DNA from: Gnetum montanum | Lineage: Eukaryota; Plantae; Gnetophyta | DNA length: 64,000 nt | NCBI GenBank assembly: GCA_015680685.1 | Contig: MNCI01000491.1 | Coordinates: 48,335 to 112,334 of the forward strand | Reading direction: 5' to 3' | Shown: one piece after another, positions 10,957 through 21,405 of the stretch | Layout: each line of letters opens with the position of its first letter | Position numbering within the stretch: the first letter of the stretch is position 1 | Made by a program: the position numbers and the translations under genes | The notes under the pieces: model-generated | Told to the model about the DNA's origin: nothing | Seen by the model: the letters and a program-made list of their open reading frames with translations, nothing else | The model's database searches: none

Positions 10957-11330
10957 CGCCGTTTAATCCGCCATTGCTCCTTTTTGCCTTTTTCCTTATT
11001 TTTCGCCCAAAAAAAATAAAAAAAATATATATAATAAAAATAATAAAAATTTTAAAAAATACAGATCGCTACGTCTTGGTTCCTCCGTGGACCCCATTTT
11101 ACACGTTTACTCTAAACGTTCTAGTTTAAACCGCCACTTACGGCCCGGTACGGCCGTAAACTGCCATTTCCTAATCCAGTTACGGCCCGATATGGCCTTA
11201 AACTGCCATGTGTCCTGGTGTGATGGTAATCCACCATTATGCATGTACACATAGTTTAAAAGCACCAAAAGACACAGAACGATACCCCTTTTCTTATTTA
11301 GCTCTCTGTTTATTGGTAGGAGCAAGCTCA

Positions 11331-14300
11331 ATGGACTACCAGCATTTAACCACACCGTTAATCATTGATGGACCACACGGCAAAATTACAAGAGACATTA
11401 ACATAAATCTCATCAACTTGAGTTCACTAACGGACAACGCAGTCATAGCCTCAACACAGCAAATAACAGACGATTACAAAGGCATGACAAAATTCCTTGA
11501 CATAGAGGCCGAGAATATCACTAAAGACCCGTTGTCTGAAACTCCCATCGTCATGCCCAATGGAGGAACTAAAATTTTAAAGTTAAGCACCTTATTACAA
11601 CCACCATTAGCCAAAAACATTGAGAACGTGCTTAGGGAAAATATGAAAGCATTCGCTTGGTCCTATACGAACATGCCCGGGCTAGATCCCCGAATTATCC
11701 AACACAATATTATCCTTGACCCAAAGTTGAGACCAGTAAAAAAAAAGCACGAAAGGTTAAGCCCGAGGTGGCATTAGGAGTTCACAATGAGATCACCAAG
11801 CTTTATCAAGTTGGTTTCATTCGGGCTGTTGATTATGCCGAGTGGGTGTCTAACATGGTCATTATTCCGAAGAAGAACGGAAGCATTTGTTTGTGCATTG
11901 ACTTCTAGGATTTGAATGTTGCAACCATAAAGGATGATTTTCCTCTACCCAGCATCAATCAACTTATTGACTCAACTGCTGGGCACGCACTATTATCCTT
12001 TATGGATGGCTTCTCAGGATACAATCAGATACGAATCAACCTGGAGCATCAGCTTCGGACGACCTTTATGACACCATGGGGAACCTTTTGTTACACAATG
12101 ATGCCTTTTGGTCTCAAGAACGCTGGGGCCACGTATCAAAGAGCGATGACATTTATCTTTAGCGATTACATACTACACTCACTCAACGATTACGTGGATG
12201 ACATTATGGTTAAGTCAAAGACGGAGGAACAACATGTACAAGATCTCGATTTAGTATTAAAACGTTGTCTGAAGTATGAACTGAGGCTTAACCCGAAAAA
12301 GTGTGTCTTCGGTGTCAAAACAGGAAAAATGCTTGGATTTATAGCATCAAAAGCAGGGATACGAGCAGACCCTGATAAGGTTAAGGCCATAACAAACCTG
12401 AAACCACCAGGCAACCTTACTGAACTTCGAGGTCTACAAGGTAGATTACAGTTCATCAGGCGCTTCATAGAAAAACTGACAGATAAAATAAAACCCATGA
12501 ACCACCTGTTACGCAAGAATGTACATTTTGAATGGACTCCGCAGTGTCAACAAGCATTCAATGACATTAAAACAACACTTGCCTAGTTACCCATGGTTTA
12601 TCCACCTCAAAACGATAAACCATTCTACATCTACCTTGCTACTTCGGATTCGTCCATTGCATCTATGCTTTGCTAGAGACGTGATGACGGAACCGAAGTT
12701 CCTGTATATTACCTAAGCCACGCATTAGTTTCCCATGAGAAAAAGTACAACGACGTGGAGAAGTCATGTTTAGCTTTGGTTTTTTCTTTAAGAAAGTGGC
12801 AACATTACCTCTTCCGTAACTAGGTTTACATAATTTGCAAGGACAATGTACTAAGAGCCATAACAGGGAATATTTACGAAACAACTCGAATAGCCCGGTG
12901 GAATGCCATGATAGCCAAGTTTGACCTGTACTACATAGCGCAATCATTAGTTAAGGGTCAAGCTATGGTAAATCAAATGGCAACATCACCAACGCGCGAC
13001 CAAGCGACTATAGACCCAGACTTCCCAGATGAGAATATAAGCACCATAGACATAGTGCCTGATGACTACGATGCTATTTTGAAATTTGATGGGGCATCCG
13101 CCTCTCGGGGAGGAAGTGCAGCCGCTGTCATCACCTATCCCTCTAGGGAGATCTGACCCTTTGCCTATCGTTTCAACTTTCCTTGTACGAACAACATAGC
13201 AGAGTATGAAGGTCTCCTTAGAAGACTCGCGGCAGCTCTGGCTTTAAACATCACATGGCTTGTAGTCAGAGGGGACTCACAACTGGTCATAAACCAAGTC
13301 ATAGAGGTCTATACATGCAAAGCCCGACATTTACAACCATACTACGACTTGGCAAAACACCTAATGAGGCAATTCGAAAACATCGATATGCAACACGTCT
13401 CCAGAAATGATAACACCATCGCAGATGCGTTAGCCACATTAGCACTAAACTTATCTCCAAACATGTTCCACACATTGCCAAGCTCCATAACCAGTTGTGC
13501 TGAACCAATCACCGACACCCTTGACACGTTGCCGATTGCATCTGTTAGTTCAACACACGCGATAGAATGGTACGACGACATAAAAGAATACCTTCTACGT
13601 GGCGAAACACCATGACATCTAACAAATGCACAGAGAGACGCAGTGCGGAAACGTTCTAAGCAGTATACCCTGGTAGGGGACACACTGTGCTGAAGATCCT
13701 ACGAAGGCATATTGCTAACATGCGTTAGTAGTACCGATGCCCAAACTATTGTTGAACAGGTACATGAAGGACTATGTGGAGGACACATAGCACCAAAATC
13801 CATGGCAACGAAAATTAGGCGCTTGGGCTATTATTGGCCACACATGGAATACGACTGTCTCACCAAAGTCAAAATATGTAATACTTGTCAAAAACATAGC
13901 AATCTGATACATGTCCCACCGAATGAGTTGCATACAACGCCAATCACATGGCCCTTTCAAAAGTGGGGGTTGAACCTCATTGGTCAGATAACCCCCTCAT
14001 CTTCTGCGGGCCATAGTTTCATTATAACTGCCATAGAATACTTCACGAAGTGGGTAGAAGCTGCTCCCCTTCAAAAAACTACATCCAAGCACGTGTGCAA
14101 TTTCATTCTAGAAAACATTGTAACCCGCTTTGGCATTCCCATGACAATCATCACTGACAACGGGCCATAATTTAGCAGTGCCGAAACCAAAGCCTTTTGT
14201 GAAAATTTAGCGATCAAACACTTGTTTTCATCCCCTTACTATCCTCAAAGCAATGGACAAGCGGAAGCAACAAACAAGAGAATTATTACAATACTTAAGA

Positions 14301-14806
14301 AAATGCTTACCCATAACAAAAGAAAATGGCACGAACAATTGGTGTACGCATTGTGGGCATACCATACTACGCACCGAACTTCGACAGGTAAGTAACCATA
14401 CAGTCTTGTTTACGGTTCAGAAGCTGTTTTACCTTTGGAATTGTAGGTACCATCTTTAACGATCACACTTTCTGGGCTCCTTGACGATGGGCAAAACAAT
14501 GATCTACACGTCGTTGATCTTGACTCAGTGGAGGAAGAACGTGTGCGCGCCCTCAATCAGATTGAATGGTACCAAAAACGACAACAGCAACGACATCGGC
14601 ATGACATCAACAAGTGCCCTATCAAAGAAGGTGACCTTGTGCTTAAAGCCGTTTGGGAACACCCGGACAAATTCTCAGCTAACTGGGAAGGGCCTTACTT
14701 GGTTACTAAAGCATTCGACAATGGAGCATTCAAACTAGCTAACATGGAAGAAAACGAGCTTACCAATCTGACCAATCACTTGTACCTAAAACCGTTTTAC
14801 GTTTGA
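11331..14806 (+). pseudogene. pol: E1 pol: RT - RNase H - additional (archaeal-type) RNase H - integrase
   Basis: RT: KDDFPLP, MDGFSGYNQI, MPFGLKNAGATYQR, YVDD. aRH: LKFDGAS, TNNIAEYEG, GDSQLV, NTIADALA. Integrase: HEGLCGGH..CNTC, TDNG, WEGPY. No chromodomain. Stops and frameshifts are present. Confidence 0.95.
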
Positions 14807-14829
14807 GTACAAGCTCAGGTACGCGCAAG

Positions 14830-15200
14830 TCCTGGAATCATGACTATAAACTGATACCACAACTCGTCCTGGGATCATGACAGTAAACTGATACCACAGA
14901 ACAGTCCTTGGTTATGACTTAAAACTGACGCCACACATGTCCTGGCATCATGACAATAAACTGATACCCCACAATGTCTGCAATGACGATAAACTAGCAC
15001 CCTTCCGGCATGACAGTACACTGCCACCGTCACAACCATCGGAGTCCACTAAAACTATAAACTAGCTTGCCTCCTCATAGTCCGCTAAGACTAAAAACTG
15101 GCAATGTAACGTCCGCCACGACGCTAAACAGGCAATGTCCAACGGGTTAAGACATAAAACTAGCCCATGATAGTCAGCCGAGACTATAAACTGGCAAGTT
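14830..15200 (+). repeat. Degenerate ~30-37 bp tandem repeat (CATGAC..TAAACTG) in the E1 3' UTR
   Basis: About ten units, e.g. catgactataaactgataccac, catgacagtaaactgataccac, catgacaataaactgataccc. Confidence 0.85.
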
Positions 15201-16176
15201 CGTCTTTGGTTCATCAATCTGCCACCACATCTAAGCTTCATCACTGCATCACCTGCCATCAGAGGATCCTACCGACGCTGTTACTACTGACACACAATCT
15301 GCTGCCATGTAAGTCTAAACTCGATCATTCACTCATGGTTTTCTTATCTCCTTGGAGTTGGGTTTGCAGGATGATACCCAAAGGTTTTCGCACAAGAATG
15401 CATTTCATCACAAGCAGCAAGATGGGACAATGTTCACAGCACACATGGCGAGATTAAATCAAACTATTCACAAGTACATCCCCATTCACCGACTCATTCC
15501 CTATCCATTCACAAACACATTTTATTCAATCATACCTCTGATACATCCAGTACACCCAAAACTTTCAACATGCTGTCACATACTGTCGCACATGAGTACA
15601 AAATCAATGCAAAGTTTACGATTTTTTTAAAAAAAAAGCGAGACTTCTGGCACTTCTCATATAAGCCCCGGGCGAGAAGGCAGTTGTCTCAAAACCAAGT
15701 ACTCATGTCTAAAACGGTGAAGAAGCATCTAGCTGCATGGCTTTGGCTCTCTGCCAATGGGTTCCCCACTAAACATTGAACACGGGCCCTATTCCTCCAA
15801 AGCATGTAACACATCTCCCCGTGACTTTGGTCTTGCCAACAAATGCTCTTGAACACTAACCAGGAGCCTTGTTCCGCCAAAGAACGCACTTGCATGTCTG
15901 GACTCCGAGTCTGCTAAATAATGGCTATTAACAAGGACCAGCATGCCGCACGCCCGAGCACCCCATCTCCCAGCATAATTTCTTGGGGAGTCGCCACTCC
16001 CCACAATCTCTTTCCTCCTATCAGGTACAAATTTCCCTTTTTTGATCCCATGTACTACTAAACACGGTGCAAGGACGTCTAGTCAAGTGGCAAAGAATGA
16101 AGTCTATATCAAGTTGCTTGTGGTGTTTTGCACTTCTTTGTCGATGCTTCTCGGGTCGATTCCTCCAAGCGTCAAT

Positions 16177-16185
16177 AAAGAGGGG
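16177..16185 (+). other. E1 polypurine tract
   Basis: AAAGAGGGG just before the 3' LTR; identical in E3. Confidence 0.85.
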
Positions 16186-16189
16186 CCAA

Positions 16190-17336
16190 TGAAACACCAC
16201 AAAATTTCAAGCTTGGTACTTCCCCAGCAAGAAGCAGGTCCCTAGGACCCACGAACGACCACGGCTACATTTGGTGTCGCATAGTGCAACTTTGGGAATC
16301 AAGAGGCTTAATGTTTACTAAGTATGCACTACCAGCGTATACGCCCAGCATCAATAGCGTATACGCTCAGCATATACGCCCGACATCCCCAGCGTATACG
16401 CCCAGCGTAGACATCCGACTTACACGCCCGATGTACATGCCTCACTTGTACGCTCGGTACCACAGATGCATACGCCCGACGATGAAGTCTCAATGATAGA
16501 ATGAAGATAACACGGAAGAGCAAAAATTGAAGTAAGTCGGTAGCCGCCAACGTATACGCCCGGCGTATACACACAGCCATTGTCGGCGTGTATGCCCAGC
16601 GTCCATAGCATCTCCACCCAAGTTCACATACGCCCAGCACGTTCAGCGTATACGCCCAGTGTGTACGTCAGCCTGATGTAGCGTATACACCCCGCGTATA
16701 CGCCCAGCAGATGTAATTTGTTGTATATTTGTAAATTGTATGCACCCGGTCAACGCGCCACGTGTCTCCTAACCCGAGTCTAGCATAACAACTGGTATAA
16801 AAACCCTACTTTTCCACTTCACCTAGACGGTCAACAAACATCCCAGAGCATACCAGAGACATTTACGCTGCGCACCAGAGCTAAAACCCTCTTACGCTGG
16901 AAAACCCTGTACGCTGTGTACACAATCTCTACGCTCCGCCTACTGCGCGAACCAGCTGAGTCATCCTTGCATCCACCGGGGCTTTTCGTCCGCCTTGTGT
17001 TCCATCACAACTGCGTTAGACCGGTGCACTGTACTTTGACTCTGTAATACCATTGTTTACAATTTACGCTAATTTCTTACACGTTTTTCTGTTTACGCTC
17101 GTTTACATTTACGCTCTGTTCACATCTGCTACGCCATTTACGCATAACCCAGCGTATAGCACTTTGGCATACGTGCGGGTAAATCCTTGTCTGATCCGCA
17201 TGCAGACCACCCAAGGTACTCTGCCTTCGTGCATTCCAGCTTGTCCTCAAGCGAAGGCAGGGTCTTCTATGTGCGTTCTGCGATCCCACGGTCTCTATTT
17301 CCTTCCAGCCGATGACCGATGATTTCAGGCGATACA
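16190..17336 (+). repeat. E1 3' LTR (1147 bp)
   Basis: TGAAACACCAC...GATACA, followed by TSD GATAG. Confidence 0.95.
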
Positions 17337-17341
17337 GATAG

Positions 17342-20300
17342 ACCATGATTCGTTGTTCTGGGCTTCGCTTATGGCGTCGGACAGGATCATCCGAAGTGAG
17401 GGTACCTGCAACTCAAGAGGCAATACAGCTTCAAATCCGTAAATAAGACTATAAGGGGTCTTACTCGTTGTAGTTCTGTAAGTCATCCGATAGGCCCAGA
17501 GGACGTAAAGTATTTGCTCGTGCCACCGCCTCTTGCTATTGCTAAGAATACACTTCAGCAAGTTCATTATGGACTTATTTGTAGCCTCCGCCTACCCATT
17601 CGCCTGCGGATAGTAAGGGGAAGAAAGTGATTGTTTAATGCCTAGGTTGCTACAGAAGGTTTAGGTTTCTATACTGCTGAACTGTGGTCCATTGTCGATC
17701 ACGATAGTCTTCGAAAGCCCAAACCTAGTTACGATGTTATCGAGGATGAAACGGCAGATTTGCTGAGATGTCGTTTTCCTCAGGGGAATAGCTTCCACTC
17801 ACTTAGTAAAATACTCTGTGGCAGTGATAATGAAGCTATGCCCTACGGAGGACTTAGGTGTGATAGACCCTATGAGGTCTAGTCCCCATCGTTGGAAGGG
17901 CCATGTAATCTATGTTGGGTGCAGGTCTATAGGTGCTATGTGTATGAGGTTTGCATATCTCTAGCACGTGTTACATGTCTTGACCTTCGACAAGTAATCA
18001 TGCTCCATGTAGAGACAATAGTACCCTAGGCATATGATTTTCACAGCCATAGCCTTGGGTGCTATGTGTCCACCACACAGCCCTTCGTGAACCTCATTAA
18101 CTACTTTTCGTGCTTGCTTACCGCCCACGCATGCCAGCAATATCCCATCATAGGATCATCGACACAAGGCGTCATTTCGTATGAGCACGTATTACCGAGC
18201 ACATTTGCGGATTGCATCTCTTTGAGCTGATGTCAATCTACATGGGGATTCGCCATGCTGTAAATAAGCTTTAATGTTATCGTACCACTCCAGGCTGTCT
18301 GCAACGTCGACAGAGGCCACATGTTCTACCTGATTGATAGGCTCCGTGCATTCTATGACCGTAATTGGCAGGTTTTCCAAGGAATGCGATGGGATGTTTA
18401 ACGCAAGGGTAGCTAAGGCATCTGCTACGGTGTTCTCGTTGTGTGGCACGTTTTGCACATCAGTGGTCACGAATTGCTTCAGTAAGGTTTTTGCTAGATC
18501 GTAGTAGGGTTGCAGGTACGTAGCCTTGCAAGCATAGACTTTGGTGATTTGATTCATGACTAGTTGTGAATCTCCCTGGATCACCAAGTGTTGTACATGC
18601 AGCGCGTGGGTAGTTAAGAGGCATCTGAGTAGCCCCTCATACTCTGCAACGTTGTTGGTGCATGGGAATGCCAATCGATAAGTGGATGGGTACATTTCCC
18701 CAGAGGGGAATGTGATCGTGGTAGCAGTGTGACCTCCTTGCGTGTTTGAGGCACCATCAAAATGTAAGGTTTCCTCGAAATGCCACGGGATAGTGGCAAC
18801 ATTGCTAACATATTCGTCCAATAACTCGGGATCTACGGTTGTTTGGTCATCGACTGGTGAGGCCGCTAATTGGGTTGCTATGGCTTGGCCATTTTGTCAA
18901 TGATTGACTTACATAATGTAGGTCAAACTCTGTGGTTATTACTTTCCATCGGGCTATTCTACTACTTTCGTACAGGTTTTCGGTGATAGCCCGGAGTATG
19001 TTACTTTTGCAAATGATGCTAGTTGTGCTGCAGAATAGATAGTGTAGCCACTTTTTTAGTGCGAACACTAAGGCTAAGTAGTTCCTCTCCACCTCATTGT
19101 ATTTTTCCTTGTATGCTATTAGTGCGTGGCTCAGGTAATATACTAGTATCTCAGAACTGTCGTCCCACTTCTGACATAGCAGTGCGACTATGGATGCGTC
19201 GGAGGTGGCAAGGTATATGAAGAAAGGCTTGTCCCTTTACGATGGGTACACCATTGGGAGGTGTGAGAGCTCCTTCTTCAGGTTGTCGAAGACTTGTTGA
19301 CACTGGGTTATCCACTCAAAGTCAACCCCCTTCTTCAGAAGATGTTGCATGGGGTGTAACTTGTCAGTCAACCTTGCTATAAACCTTCGAATGAATTGCA
19401 CTCTACCTTGTAAACCACGTAACTCCTTAAGATTTGTAGGGGGGGCTAGGTTGACGATGGCCTTGACTTTGTCTGGGTCCACCTGTATTCCTACCTTTGA
19501 TACCACAAACCCTAACATGCGTCCGGTCTTGACCCCGAAGATACACTTCTTAGGATTAAGACATAAATAGTGTCTTTGGTAGCATTTGAGAACTAACTCT
19601 AGATCGCGTGGGTGGTGGGCCGCCTCTTTGGACTTAACCGCTATATCATCCACGTAATCGTTTAACATTTTTAGGATGTAGTTGCTGAAAATGTAGGTCA
19701 TAGCTCGTTGGTATGTTGCTCCAACATTCTTTAGCCCGAAAGGCATCATGGTATAGCAGAAGGTTTCCCATGGAGTCATGAAGGTTGTCGATAGCTGGTG
19801 CTCTGGGTTGATGCGGATTTGGTTGTATCCAGAGAAACCATCCATGAAGGATAGCAAAGCATGTCCAACTGTGGTGTCGATGAGTTGATCGATGCTTGGG
19901 AGTGGAAAGTTGTCTTTGATCATTGCCTTGTTCAAGTCTCAAAAGTCTATACACATTCGTATCCCTCCTGTTTTCTTCGAAACCAAAACGATGTTGGACA
20001 CCCACTTCGAATAGTCAACTGCACAGATGAAGCCTGCTCGGTATAACTTGGTGATTTCGTCCCTAACGGCTAGTGTGATTTCTGGCTTAATCTTACGCGT
20101 CTTTTGCTTCACTGCCCTTACGTGTGGGTCTAGGACAATGTTATGCTGAATTAGCTACGGATCTAGACTTGGCATGTTGTCGTATGACCATGCGAAAACA
20201 TCGATTTGATCCTGCAAAGTTTTAATTATGCCCTCATGTATTTGTGTGCCTAGGAGGGAGCCAAGTCTTAATGTCTTCACCTCCTTTCTTGACATGGTTA

Positions 20301-20517
20301 CGGGTATCTTGACAAGAGGATCTTCGGTTACATCCCCGACCTCTAAATCTAGGGCATGGACCAGGTCTCTGGGCCAATCTGGGGGTGCTTCCAAGGTTGC
20401 TATAGTGTTAATCGTAATCGACCCCCAGTCAATCATGTCAGGGTTCAATTGTCTTGTGAGCTTGCCTTGCAGCCCTGCTAACATTAGAGGCATGGAAAGG
20501 GCATGACAGGTTTCCAT
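17342..20517 (-). pseudogene. pol: E2 pol: RT-RH-aRH-INT (interrupted by E1)
   Basis: ORFs 20155-20517, 19237-19935 (YVDD), 18847-19092, 18192-18821 (LHFDGAS, TNNVAEYEG) and 17325-17567 (TPYSLIYGFEAVLPLE). Confidence 0.93.
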
Positions 20518-21405
20518 TTCTTGCTTTGACCTACCATCATAAGATGAAAGCCTGGGTAAGGGTCATCAGAGATTGTGTGAAACGTAAGTTTGCAAAGCAA
20601 CACTGAGATGCAACTTTCTAAGTAAGGTGATGTGCAGATTGAGAGTTTGCTAGTTTAAGGTCGTGGTGGACCGCCAAGGCATAACAGTCTAGAATTGTTA
20701 AAGATATGTAAATCGTTGATGTGAAGTGTGAAGTTGTGTAACCATTGATATGTGAATGCCAAGATGTTAGTTTAGTGTCATTTCGGACTGCCATATTGCG
20801 AAATGCGATATGCAAGATCTTGATAATAAAAAGAATGGAACTGTGAGTACAAAGGGTATTGAACTACCAGTGTGGGAATAAAGACATGAAACTATTAGAA
20901 AATATGATACCACCTATGCCGAAGCATACGAGGTAACTGCTAATGTAAAAGCGTAGTTAACTTGACGTCATCGCGGACTACGATCATTATGAGTTGAAAT
21001 TACTATTTTTGGATCCTAAGGAGGGTGATCATGCTAGGTTTGTTAGTTTAAGGTCTTTTCAGACCTTCAATTAAAAACAAACATTATTATATTAATTTTT
21101 AGGAAGGCGAGTAATTGGCCTGAAGCATGCCAAGGTTTAAATGCTAATAGTATTGTGATGTCGTGGCGAGCATGCTACGCTGCACGCCGCGCTTAGCATT
21201 AATCAAAGAGAGAGAAAAAAAAGTTTCCACATTTTGCCACTACTGCCATAAATAGGGATTGAACTTTGGTAATTTTGACATTTTTATAGTAAAAGTGTAG
21301 AATTCTCATCGAAGCACTTGGCAATTTCAAAGCGCGGAGCAATTGTGTTAAGCGGTTAGCAAGGCAAATTTCTAAGGCGAATGTCGTAACTCCACAATTA
21401 GGGAC

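Larger units (their letters stand above)
21..17336 (+). mobile_element. Full-length Ty3/gypsy (Tat/Ogre-related, non-chromovirus) LTR retrotransposon E1, decayed
   Basis: Two TG...CA LTRs (21-1207, 16190-17336) and a perfect 5-bp TSD GATAG (16-20, 17337-17341). PBS, PPT, gag-protease and RT-RH-aRH-INT are present. Confidence 0.96.

Noticed and set aside
14830-15200. CRISPR-like array of ~35-bp repeats
   Set aside because: Units are contiguous degenerate tandem repeats without unique spacers, there are no cas genes, and they lie in a plant retrotransposon 3' UTR.
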